DNA of 64,000 nt from an uncultured candidate division Zixibacteria bacterium (GTDB taxonomy: Bacteria > Zixibacteria > MSB-5A5 > UBA10806). The notes under the pieces are model-generated. The model was not told the DNA's origin. It made no database searches and saw only the letters and a list, made by a program, of their open reading frames with translations. A program made the position numbers and the translations under genes. The stretch spans positions 1 through 64,000 of the forward strand of contig CAWDFP010000008.1 of the NCBI GenBank assembly GCA_963801605.1. The letters run 5' to 3'. Numbering within the stretch: the stretch's first letter is position 1; each line of letters starts with the position of its first letter. Below are positions 42,208 through 51,776 of the stretch, piece by piece.

Positions 42208-45200
42208 ATGATTGTCGATGAAACAAATCAAAGAGATTCGCAAAATGGAAATCGAAATCAAGGCGATCAACAAAATGCTGGTACTAATGCCATGAGCCGA
42301 CTCTCTCGGCGAAATGAGCTTATTCGGAATAACTCTCCCGATGGTCTGGCCATTATAGGGCTGGATGGGACAATTGTTGACGCTAATCCTGCGCTTTGCA
42401 AATTTCTCGGATATTCAGCGGAGGAGCTTCAAAAATTGAATATCAGGGATATTGACGCCAACGAAAAACCCGATGAGACCGGACAGCGCATAATCAATAT
42501 AATAAATTCCGGGGCAGATAGATTTGAAACCAAGCTTCGGCATAAAAGCGGGCAGTTGCTTGATGTTTATATTTCAGCTGATTTTTGTCAAATTGGCGAC
42601 GAGCAATTTATCATTTCATTTTCACAAGATATTACAGCCCGTAAAAAAGCGGAGGAACGGCATCGGGAAAGCGAGGAAAAATACCGCAATTTGATCGAAA
42701 TGTCTCCTCATACCATTGCTATTTTGCAGGATGGCAAAGTTGCTTTTGCCAATAAAAAGGCCGTAGAGCTTTTTGCGGGAAGTGTTACGGCTGATGTCAT
42801 TGGCAGAGACGTTTTCGACGTCGTACCCGAGAATGAGAAGGCGCGTTTGCGCGAATTCGCGGAGAGGCGCTATACCGGGGATACATCAGTCCCGGTCCGC
42901 TATAAAACAGCTTTACGCCGCGCGGATGGCGAAGTATTCCCGGTAGAGATATTTGCCGATCAAATCATCTTTCGCGGCAGGCCTGCAATTCAATTAATGG
43001 CTATCGATATTACCGAACAGGAACAAGCCGCCGCGGCTTTGAAAGTATCGGAAAGTAAGTATCGAACTCTCGTAGAGCATACTAATGCTGTGACATACGA
43101 ATTCCGACTTGGACCCAATATGGGCTTTATCTATATCAGCCCACAAATTGAAAAGCTAATTGGCTATAACGCGGATGAATTAATATCTGATCCGTCCCTA
43201 TGGACCAGCTTGCTACACCCGGGGGACAGTCAACGCGCCAGAGAAAGCGCCGAAAGGCGCCTGACAGGCGGGTCGCCGCTAAGCAATGAATACAGAGTAA
43301 TCGCCAAAAACGGCAGTATTGTCTGGATTAAGAACGAGGCGATCATCGAGCGCGATGATAAGGGGCAGCCGAATATTATCCGCGGCGTTATTCTTGATAT
43401 TACCAGCTTGAAAGAAACCGAAGCCACGCTGGCATCATCCGAAAAACGTTATCAGGAATTGTTTAATTCGGCTCTCGAGGGAATTGTCATTAGCGATATA
43501 AATTACGTTATACAATTTTGCAACCCGGCTATCGCCAGCATTTTTGAGATACAAGATGTATCCGAGATTATCGGCAAAAGCACGTTAGATTTGGTAATTG
43601 ACAGCCAGAAAGAAGTTCTCATCGATCAAATGAAGCTTCGTAAAAAGGGTTTGTCTACGCACTATGAGCTTCAAATAATAACCGCTTTAAAAAATTCCAA
43701 AACTCTTTTGGTTTCCTCATCTCCTTTATATGAATCCAATGGAGATTTCCGGTGTATATTGAGCGCAGTAATCGATATCACCGAAAGCAAGCGCGCCCAG
43801 GCGGCCCTGGCCGCCTCTGAAAAGCGCTATCATGAGCTTTTCAATTCCGCCCTGGAAGGAATAGCCATTTTCGATAAAAACCTGATTGTGCAGTTCTGCA
43901 ATCCGGCGTATGCCAAAATTTTCGATATGAATACGCCCGAAGAGGTGGTTGGTGAAAATCCATTGAATTACATTGAGGGAAACCAGAAGACAATTGCTAT
44001 CCGGCAAATTGAAATGCGCAAAAAAGGGTTATCATCAACCTATGAATTAGAAGTTATAACGATAAAGAAAAACAGAAAAACGCTCCTGGTATCATCGGCG
44101 CCAATGCTTGATTCCGAGGGTAATTTTTCGGGCACTCTCAATACGGCAATCGATATTTCCGAACGCAAACAAACCGAGGAGGCTTTGCGTACTAGTGAAG
44201 AATTCAATCGAACGGTAATCGAACATTCTCCGCTGGCAGTATCGGTTCGAAACCGAACAGGGAAGCTATTAAGCTGCAATCGGGCCTGGCAAAAAATATG
44301 GAATAGAACGGACGAAGAAATAAAAGAGATGTTGACGAAAGAGATCCCCGCGCTTCAATTTACGAAAGGCGATGATTATCTAAAGGACTGGCACCCAAAG
44401 GTAAGAGCCATTTATGAGCGCGGCGGTAATTTGCATATACCCGAGGTTAAATTGCTATACCATCATGAAGGTGGAGAACACTGGGTATCGCAGCATTTCT
44501 ACGGTATCAAGGACCAAAGCGGCGCTGTGGGAAAAGTAGTCATTCTGACTGAGGATATTTCCGAACGCAAGCAGGCCGAAAATGCGTTGCGCGAAAGCGA
44601 ACGACGGTTCCACGATCTTTTTGCACATTTTACGTCCGGGTATATGATCGGCAGGATCATTACGGATGATGCCGGCAAGCCTATCGACTACATATACCTT
44701 GAAGTCAACGAAGCATTTGAGGAAATGTCGAAGAAGAAAGCATTCGAAGTCATTGGCAAAAGAGTTACAGAGCTTTTTCCCAGCGGACACTCTGCAGGCC
44801 TCATCAAAGTATGCGGTGAAGTTGCGTTGACCGGCAAACCCATTCGAATTGAGCATGAATCATTAGTAGTTGGCCGGTTTCTTGAGGTGCTTATATATTC
44901 CACTCGCCAGGGCGAATTTGCCAGCGTCTTCACCGATATAACTGAAAAGAAAAAATCTGAAAACGCCCTTCGCGAAAGCGAGGAACGCTATAGAGCCATT
45001 TGGGAGAACTCTCCGGTTGGAATATGTATGCTGGATTACAGAGGAGTATATCAATATGTAAACAGGACCTATTGTAATATCTACGGTTATTCGTCAGAGG
45101 AGTTGATCGGAAAACCTTTTTATGAGCTTATCACACCGCCGCAGCGCCGGGTGCAGGATCGGGATAATTATATGCGAGAATTCGGTAAATCCCGAACTTC

Positions 45201-46710
45201 GCAAGTACGGGAAGCTGAAGTATTTGTAAGAAAAAGCGGCGAATCCGTGGCTATTCAATTCACCAACGATTACATAATGCAGGACGGTCAAGCCAGGTAC
45301 GAAGTAACCATGAATATCGATATTACGCCGAAGAAACGCGCCGAGGATGCTATGCGTGAAAGCGAGGAGAAATTCAGGCTTTTGGTAGAAAATGCGGGTG
45401 AGATTATCGTAAATGCTGATCGAAACGGACGGCTCCTCCATGTCAATAAATCAACCGCCAGATATTTTGGCAAAACACCCGAGGAAATTATAGGCAAGAA
45501 TATTAAGGATTTTTTTGAACCGGATACGGCAGAACATTTCATTGAAAGTATTAATAAGGCGCTGGATACCAATAAAAATCTAAGCGTCGAACGAAAGATT
45601 TTCCTCGTTGGCGAACGCAAGTGGTTCGTTACAAACCTGCAGCCTATAATCAGAAGTGACAATGGCCCGGCCAGCGTGCTGATTATTACCAGGGATATTA
45701 CCGTTCAAAAGCTTGCCGAGATACGTAACCAGGCTCGGCTGCAACTCCTGCAGAACCTACGCCAGGCTAAAAATGTCGATGAATGTTTAAAATTCGGGTG
45801 CCAGGCAATCTACGATACCGAGCTTTTCAAACGAGCTGTTTTGACGCTGCATAATAGCGATAGGGCCATAATCAATTTGGGACAAGTTGGTCTTAGCGCT
45901 GCTGTTGTTACCAAAGCCAGAAAAGGTTCGGCTCCGGATATCGCCCTTGCAAAAAAAATCATGAAAGAGACTAATCGCATCAGCCACTCTTTCTTCGTTC
46001 CGATAGAAAGCGGAATAATGAGCAAAATTAAAAGCCGCTACGTCCCGCAAAAAGGAACTCATTTTCCGGGCCCGCAGAAGTGGCAACAGGAAGACGAGCT
46101 ATTCGTGCCGGTGATGGGTAACGACAATAATTATGAGGGCTGGCTTTCTGTCGATACTCCCTTCGACGGGAATCGTCCCACCATGCAGACTGTCTTAAAC
46201 CTGGAAGAGATAGTTGATATTACGGCCAAACAGATTCATGAAATCCAAAGTCTCGAGCGTCTAAAAAAAGAGAGTCAGGCGCTGGAGAATACTAACGTGG
46301 CCCTGCACGAAGTGTTGAAACATATTCAGGAAGAAAGGATGGAAATTCGGCAGAGTATCGGCAGTAATGTTTCTCAAATTCTGATACCTGCTTTTAACAA
46401 GTTATTCAAAAAAGATGGTACAATCAATAAAACCTATTACAATATTCTTAGAGACGGACTTCCGGAGCTTGTTACGGTCTCGGGTGCAGAACTGAACATG
46501 TTTGCGAAACTATCTCCCCGGCAACGTGAAATCTGCTATATGATAAAAAGCGATGCTACCTCGAAGGAAATAGGCGAGGCACTCAATATTTCTCTGGCTA
46601 CGGTTCAAAAACATCGGGAGTTAATCCGCAAGAAATTAGGAATAAACCACAAATCAGTCAATTTGGCTAACTATCTTAAAGGTATACAGAATAAAAGGTT
46701 AGAGCAATAA
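42208..46710 (+). CDS. Soluble one-component regulator: 9 PAS/PAC domains, GAF-like domain, coiled coil, LuxR HTH
   Basis: Nine repeats ending in DI(T/S); C-terminal LSPRQREICYMIKSDATSKEIGEALNISLATVQKHRELIRKKLG; no TM, HisKA or REC motif seen. Confidence 0.9.
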   Translation: MIVDETNQRDSQNGNRNQGDQQNAGTNAMSRLSRRNELIRNNSPDGLAIIGLDGTIVDANPALCKFLGYSAEELQKLNIRDIDANEKPDETGQRIINIINSGADRFETKLRHKSGQLLDVYISADFCQIGDEQFIISFSQDITARKKAEERHRESEEKYRNLIEMSPHTIAILQDGKVAFANKKAVELFAGSVTADVIGRDVFDVVPENEKARLREFAERRYTGDTSVPVRYKTALRRADGEVFPVEIFADQIIFRGRPAIQLMAIDITEQEQAAAALKVSESKYRTLVEHTNAVTYEFRLGPNMGFIYISPQIEKLIGYNADELISDPSLWTSLLHPGDSQRARESAERRLTGGSPLSNEYRVIAKNGSIVWIKNEAIIERDDKGQPNIIRGVILDITSLKETEATLASSEKRYQELFNSALEGIVISDINYVIQFCNPAIASIFEIQDVSEIIGKSTLDLVIDSQKEVLIDQMKLRKKGLSTHYELQIITALKNSKTLLVSSSPLYESNGDFRCILSAVIDITESKRAQAALAASEKRYHELFNSALEGIAIFDKNLIVQFCNPAYAKIFDMNTPEEVVGENPLNYIEGNQKTIAIRQIEMRKKGLSSTYELEVITIKKNRKTLLVSSAPMLDSEGNFSGTLNTAIDISERKQTEEALRTSEEFNRTVIEHSPLAVSVRNRTGKLLSCNRAWQKIWNRTDEEIKEMLTKEIPALQFTKGDDYLKDWHPKVRAIYERGGNLHIPEVKLLYHHEGGEHWVSQHFYGIKDQSGAVGKVVILTEDISERKQAENALRESERRFHDLFAHFTSGYMIGRIITDDAGKPIDYIYLEVNEAFEEMSKKKAFEVIGKRVTELFPSGHSAGLIKVCGEVALTGKPIRIEHESLVVGRFLEVLIYSTRQGEFASVFTDITEKKKSENALRESEERYRAIWENSPVGICMLDYRGVYQYVNRTYCNIYGYSSEELIGKPFYELITPPQRRVQDRDNYMREFGKSRTSQVREAEVFVRKSGESVAIQFTNDYIMQDGQARYEVTMNIDITPKKRAEDAMRESEEKFRLLVENAGEIIVNADRNGRLLHVNKSTARYFGKTPEEIIGKNIKDFFEPDTAEHFIESINKALDTNKNLSVERKIFLVGERKWFVTNLQPIIRSDNGPASVLIITRDITVQKLAEIRNQARLQLLQNLRQAKNVDECLKFGCQAIYDTELFKRAVLTLHNSDRAIINLGQVGLSAAVVTKARKGSAPDIALAKKIMKETNRISHSFFVPIESGIMSKIKSRYVPQKGTHFPGPQKWQQEDELFVPVMGNDNNYEGWLSVDTPFDGNRPTMQTVLNLEEIVDITAKQIHEIQSLERLKKESQALENTNVALHEVLKHIQEERMEIRQSIGSNVSQILIPAFNKLFKKDGTINKTYYNILRDGLPELVTVSGAELNMFAKLSPRQREICYMIKSDATSKEIGEALNISLATVQKHRELIRKKLGINHKSVNLANYLKGIQNKRLEQ

Positions 46711-46964
46711 ATTTTATAAATGTTAAGTTCGTAACAATAGCAATTATTAATGGGTCTATTTACAGTATAAAAAGTGATTATCTAAATTACGCATATCAGC
46801 AAATAGCCAGAATAACACTTTTCAGAATCCCCTAATCGTCAAAGGCAACGCTCCTTCAAATTCGCATATATATTGTATTGTATTACAACCGTTTACAAGA
46901 TTGGGCTCGTCGGTTCTTGATTTTAGAAATTAAATCCAGGCGAATTATTTTAGAAAAATCCCAA

Positions 46965-46990
46965 ATATGCGTAAGTTTATATACGCATAT
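46965..46990. promoter_or_regulatory. Palindromic operator candidate
   Basis: Perfect 9-bp IR ATATGCGTA-N8-TACGCATAT; extra half-sites at 46788 (TACGCATAT) and 46861 (TTCGCATAT). Confidence 0.6.
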
Positions 46991-47009
46991 ATTAAGCTTT
47001 TTAACCGGA

Positions 47010-47037
47010 TTGACAAAGCTGACAATTATCATATTAT
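47010..47037 (+). promoter_or_regulatory. Near-consensus sigma70 promoter with no downstream protein gene
   Basis: TTGACA-N16-TATTAT. Confidence 0.6.
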
Positions 47038-47043
47038 GGCGAT

Positions 47044-47460
47044 GCAAATTGCGATAAACGCAGTTGCCAGAAAGCAAAATGGCAGGGATTTAGTAAAGGC
47101 CGTCAATTAGTAATAGGTTCTTAAGCGCGGCAGGCCGTCAGGAGGGACACTTAACAGGATCGACATCGGAGTTTGCGATCTGGACAAGGCTACAATGATT
47201 ATTAGTAATTTTAGAGCGATCAGTATTGGAAAATTGTTTTCTCCCGAGTATCAAGTCGCCATAAGGAAATCAGAAGGGCTGTTCTCTCCAGCCAACGAAA
47301 CACGCGTGGTTGCCTCAATTAAAGGATGGAGGAGGGTCTAAGGATCTCACGGGAGCAGGGAAGCTCCATAAGGATGATTAGATTCTAAGTTTTGGCTCGT
47401 CGCTCCGACGGGTAAACCCGGTATCCCAACCGAAAAGCCGCTCTGCCAGGAGCGGCTTTT
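47044..47460 (+). ncRNA. Putative GGA-rich small RNA (CsrB/Rsm-like sponge candidate)
   Basis: Bounded by a promoter and a terminator; no ORF of 60 aa or more on this strand; about 16 GGA by manual count; short hairpins including GGAGC-AGGGAA-GCTCC. Confidence 0.45.
47433..47460. terminator. Bidirectional intrinsic terminator
   Basis: AAAAGCCGCTC-TGCCAG-GAGCGGCTTTT. Confidence 0.8.
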
Positions 47461-47480
47461 AATTTATGGGAAAAGCTATT

Positions 47481-48711
47481 TTATCTGGTGGGTGGACAAT
47501 CGGGACAGAAGCTAACAGGCAAGCCTCGTTGAAAACACCATTCCATGAAAGTAACATCCATACCGTTGAATACGCAGTTGCCATTGGCGTCACCGCCGGC
47601 GTAAAACGTTCCGTGAGGCGAGCAATCGCAGGAGTCAGGCGGACGGGGCCCTCCTTTGAAATAGGTTATAGCCATGGTAACGTCCATAAGATTGTAATGA
47701 TCGTTGCTGTCTAGATCACCCGGTTTGTAGTCGCAATGGGTGGGATTGAAAGAATATATTTCCATCGTTTCCCAACAGGCCGCATAAACGTAATTATAAT
47801 CACGCGACACTCCTTGAGCGCGTGCGGGTGTATGTGCCGACGCTACCTCGATAGGGGCCTCTGGATCGGAGATGCGCGCTACCACCAGCCCCGAATCCTC
47901 GACAGCAATATAAGCATAAGAGCCATTAACAGCGATGCTCCTGGCGTTATCCGGTGTGGCCAGGTTACCTACTATGGTCGGATTTTGGGGATCTATAACA
48001 TTGACCACCTGCATACCGGCGGGACCGTCAGCAACGAAGGCATATCCGCGGGGTAAATTACCCAGAGAAACATCGGTAGCGTTGCCGGGCGTATCGCACG
48101 TTCCCAGGATCTGAATATTATTCGGATCAGCCACGTTCAGAATCATTAGACCGGCGTTACCGGCGGCGACGTACAGATAACGGTCGAATACAAGTCCGGA
48201 CGCATACCCGGGAATCGTAAAGCCACTTATTAATGCTGGAGAACGGGGATTCGAAATATCAATTACTTTAATTCCACCCTCGCTAACGTAGGCGTAATTA
48301 TCAGGCCAGACCGCGACAGAGAGCGCCTCCCACATAAAACTAACCGCGCTTAGCGATTCCGGATGCGCCTTGTCGCTGATATCGATAATATAAAGATCGC
48401 CCATATAGGGCTCCGATAATCCTGCCGCCAAAAAAGCCAGGTTTCCGGCAATCTCGATATCAAAAACGGCCGGTGAGGGGTTATAGCTGCCTGTATAGAT
48501 CGGCGCCGACGGATTAACCACATTGTAAATAAGCATCCCCAACATATAATCACCGATATAAGCAAAACTATCAGCAACTGTTACGGACGTTGCGTAAGCC
48601 AGCGAATCAACAGCTCCCATATAAATTAAACCCTGTGCTGAACCGGTAGTTGGTATCAGAAATATGAGCGTTAATAAAAGCGTGACTATGAATGTTCTTT
48701 TTACTTAGCAT
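47481..48711 (-). CDS. Secreted LVIVD-repeat beta-propeller protein with dockerin-like C-terminus (indel in signal peptide ~48700)
   Basis: Repeats such as YAYV..GG.KVIDISNP; GDLDSNDHYNLMDVT / GDANGNCVFNGMDVT; ATG 48711 with GGAGGAG RBS; signal peptide restored by removing one A. Confidence 0.82.
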
Positions 48712-48935
48712 AATCTCCTCCTTAACCGCAAAGGTAAGGATTTGGGACGAAACGCCAGACAAATGAGGTTTGAAATTACCAAACTAAATATATCATCGAA
48801 AAATAGACTGTCAACTTCTATTTGGATCTATTTCAAAAGCGCCTATCCCCTCAAAAAGCATTTGACAACAGTTGTACCGAGACGCTACAGATAGCCTGCA
48901 AACACGGAAATCGGCCTTACTTAAAAGGAGTTTAT

Positions 48936-49385
48936 GTGACGGTTACACTGCGCGAAATTACCATGGCGAATTTTCGAGAGTGCATCGGGCTTAAATTGAA
49001 ACCGGGGCAGGAAGATTTCGTGGCTCCTAATATTTATTCGCTGGCTGAGGCCAAGGTCGACGGCGTTTCGATCCCTCTGGCGGTTTACGCCGACGATACG
49101 ATGGTTGGCTTCGCGATGTATTGCTATGATGATAAAAGCTGCAAGGGATATTTCGACCGCCTGATGATCGACCAGCGCTACCAGGGCAAGGGTTACGGAC
49201 GGGCCGCGGCTATACTGGTCGTAGAGCGCTTAAAGCAAAATCCGGGCATTCGGGAGATACAGATTTCATTCGAACCGCAAAATATCGCCGCTGATACGCT
49301 TTATGGGTCGATAGGCTTTGTCAAAAACGGCCAGTTCATTCCGCCCCCGCATGTGGAAACGATAGCGATTTTGAAGATTACGTAG
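48936..49385 (+). CDS. GNAT N-acetyltransferase (polyamine acetyltransferase-like)
   Basis: GTG start after AAGGAG; QEDFVAPNIYSLAEA, RLMIDQRYQGKGYGR, LYGSIGF. Confidence 0.88.
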   Translation: MTVTLREITMANFRECIGLKLKPGQEDFVAPNIYSLAEAKVDGVSIPLAVYADDTMVGFAMYCYDDKSCKGYFDRLMIDQRYQGKGYGRAAAILVVERLKQNPGIREIQISFEPQNIAADTLYGSIGFVKNGQFIPPPHVETIAILKIT

Positions 49386-49445
49386 CCGCGGATCAAGTTG
49401 TTACCCCCGGATTACGTAAACCTGAGGGATTCATTTAAATTCATC

Positions 49446-49473
49446 TTGACAAGACAATCCGATAAGATATAAT
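49446..49473 (+). promoter_or_regulatory. Consensus sigma70 promoter
   Basis: TTGACA-N16-TATAAT. Confidence 0.65.
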
Positions 49474-49673
49474 TAAACATACTCCCTTTTATCCACGTGC
49501 CAAGGATGAAGGAAATCTGTTTTGTACAATTATCCGTTTTGCGGTTTGTATTAACAATTTTATTCATCGGAGGCAAAGCAATGGCAGGCAAAGGCAAAAC
49601 CAGGCAAATTGGCCGTTCGCAGAGCAATATGTCTCTGCGATTAATTTAATATTATTTAAAAAAGGAGAATGCT

Positions 49674-50168
49674 TTGAAAAAGCATCAAATGTTTGGACTA
49701 ATCTTCACATTAATATTTCTATTTGTGGGATGCGGGGCAATGTTCCAAGGATCAAATCAGACTGTCAACATTCAATCGGCTCCTTCGGGTGCCAAACTGA
49801 CTGGTTCCCCAGCTATTGGCGAGTATACGACACCTACCTCAGTAACGTTGTCACGAAAAAACAGCTACGATTTTCATTTCACAAAGGAGGGATATAAGGA
49901 TGCTACTGCTCATATACAGGCGAGCGCTAGTTTTGGCTATATATTATTGGATGTTCTTTTCACGGGCTTAGTGGGTGTAGTTGTAGATGCGGCTACCGGT
50001 TCATGGAATAAATTGAGCCCTGAAATAATAGTTGCTACTCTTGAAAAGCAGGAGATATCGGCGCTAGGACCAGATAAAATTGAAATCCAATTATCTGCCG
50101 TTGGTCCCGATTTACGAATTGTATCTGATGGACCGCCTGTAGAGGTATCGATAACTCAATCAAAGTAG
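49674..50168 (+). CDS. PEGA-like domain lipoprotein
   Basis: Lipobox FVGC; SAPSGA, TTPTSVTL, KEGY, VDAATG. Confidence 0.75.
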   Translation: MKKHQMFGLIFTLIFLFVGCGAMFQGSNQTVNIQSAPSGAKLTGSPAIGEYTTPTSVTLSRKNSYDFHFTKEGYKDATAHIQASASFGYILLDVLFTGLVGVVVDAATGSWNKLSPEIIVATLEKQEISALGPDKIEIQLSAVGPDLRIVSDGPPVEVSITQSK

Positions 50169-50183
50169 GAATTCCATTTGTGT

Positions 50184-50221
50184 GCGTTAGGATGTTGCGT
50201 TTTTTCGCGATATCCTGACGC
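50184..50221 (+). repeat. REP-like hairpin related to family B
   Basis: GCGTTAGGATGTTGCG...CGCGATATCCTGACGC, 16-bp stem with G-T pairs, preceded by GT. Confidence 0.5.
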
Positions 50222-50352
50222 CCCCCGGTCCGCCCGTCATATCCATTTTCCGCTTGACAAGCGGAGCCAGAAGGCTATAAAAAAAGCATTTACTTTGATT
50301 CTGCAACTATAGCCGACGATAAAAGGAATATTTTTTTTACTAAGGGGTAATT

Positions 50353-51198
50353 ATGATTGAAGAAGAAAATGCCAGTGGTTTTTCTGAAATTCTAGCCAAA
50401 GTTAAATCAATCTCAAGGAGATGGGCTCCAAACCCAGCAGATAAACAGGAATTATGGTTTCGGGGTCAACGTTTTAAAAGAAATGATCTTATTCCTGGAT
50501 TATATTGGCAACAAGACGCCGGATTTCGCTATGATGAGGAAAACATTTTCGAAAGATTCAAAGCTACTTCCGCGCCATTTATCGATTATAAAATAAGTTC
50601 GGATTGGGATTGGTACATCTTAGCTCAACACCATGGCTTGCCTACCAGATTACTCGATTGGACTGAGAGTTTGACGACCGCGTTATTTTTTGCATTAGAA
50701 TATGAATATAGAAATTGTGATAGGCGTCAATATGATATTCAAACATCTGGGCCATTTGTAGCATCTATCTATAATAATGATTCGCCCGTGATATGGTTGT
50801 TAGATGCAGGCTCTTTGAACCAATTTTCGCGTGGATTAGACGAGGATTATATATTAACACCTGGAGGCCAGATAACTGAATCGTATCTTCCTCCCCTTGT
50901 AAACCAACCAGACATATTAAATAACTATCCTATAGCCATTCTTCCATCATATACAAATCATAGAATTGTTGCACAGCAAGGGCGCTTCACAATTCATGGG
51001 CGCGATAGGCAAGCATTAAACAATCTTGCGGTATCAGAGGAAGGAAAATGCATTAAACTTGCAACAATAACTATCGATACGGCTAATATTGCTTTCTTAT
51101 GGGAAGAACTTGAGATAATGGGGATCAATAAATTGGCGATGTTTCCCGATTTAGATTCTGTTGCCCATGTTACTAAATGGGACGGACAATACTCTTAA
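50353..51198 (+). CDS. FRG domain protein
   Basis: WFRGQ, AQHHGLPTRLLDWTES..ALFFA, RIVAQQGRFTIHG, GI...MFPDLD; AT-rich; upstream TTGACA-N16-TATAAA at 50254. Confidence 0.92.
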   Translation: MIEEENASGFSEILAKVKSISRRWAPNPADKQELWFRGQRFKRNDLIPGLYWQQDAGFRYDEENIFERFKATSAPFIDYKISSDWDWYILAQHHGLPTRLLDWTESLTTALFFALEYEYRNCDRRQYDIQTSGPFVASIYNNDSPVIWLLDAGSLNQFSRGLDEDYILTPGGQITESYLPPLVNQPDILNNYPIAILPSYTNHRIVAQQGRFTIHGRDRQALNNLAVSEEGKCIKLATITIDTANIAFLWEELEIMGINKLAMFPDLDSVAHVTKWDGQYS

Positions 51199-51293
51199 AT
51201 AATAGAAAGGCAAATTATGACTGAGAAACACACAAAAGGTAAACCCAAAAAGCCTGTTAAGAAAAAATGATAGAAAGATAAGGGTTAAATTGC

Positions 51294-51321
51294 GCGGCAG
51301 ACGCTTTCGTCTGCCGCTTAT
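51294..51321 (+). terminator. Terminator-like hairpin after the FRG gene
   Basis: GCGGCAGACG-CTTT-CGTCTGCCGC followed by TTATTTT. Confidence 0.65.
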
Positions 51322-51395
51322 TTTAATATTAATTAATCAATAAAACCGGGGCCCCCGTTACAAGCGCCCCGGCCACCTCTGGATGCCAAGCGTTC

Positions 51396-51647
51396 CTACT
51401 TGCCTTCCTTAACCTCGATGATCTCGTCAGCGACAAGGCCATGCGCCTCTTTATGAACGATCTCCCCCGCCTCCTTATTGGGCGCCTCGAAAAGGCAAAA
51501 GACAGTGCCGTCAGAGTCGTTATACCAGTACTTGAGATAGTTTACCCCATGCTTCTTCTGGGTTTGAACATCCTTGCGATGAGCATCCGCGACTGCCTCG
51601 GCTGTGAGGCCGTTAACATTTTTATGAACGTCCATGTAAAGCGGCAT
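51396..51647 (-). CDS. DUF4242 / SCO4226-like small protein
   Basis: MPLYMDVH, AHRKD, YW, FCLFEAP, VHKEAHG..ADEIIEV. Confidence 0.88.
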   Translation of the reverse strand: MPLYMDVHKNVNGLTAEAVADAHRKDVQTQKKHGVNYLKYWYNDSDGTVFCLFEAPNKEAGEIVHKEAHGLVADEIIEVKEGK

Positions 51648-51776
51648 ATTTCCTCCCTTTTAAGGTTTTACTTAGTACTAATATGACGCTATAAACAAAC
51701 GTACTTTTGCGGATGTTCCTGGGAGATACAATCTCGCAATGAAGAGGAGCCGTCTGCGGCTTCAATAAAATGCTTC

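Noticed and set aside
47036..47110. 24-aa ORF MAMQIAINAVARKQNGRDLVKAVN
   Set aside because: The first ATG overlaps the -10 element, there is no RBS, and it has no recognisable features.
47044..47432. tmRNA, RNase P RNA, SRP RNA, 6S RNA or tRNA
   Set aside because: No tRNA-like ends or T-loop, no GAGGAAAGTCC, no full SRP domain IV helix, no long 6S-type rod seen by eye; an Rfam scan is still needed.
48822..51321. Integron cassette array (GNAT, PEGA, FRG)
   Set aside because: No attC sites with RYYYAAC/GTTRRRY ends found, the genes have their own promoters, and the only tyrosine recombinase is a distant XerC-type gene.
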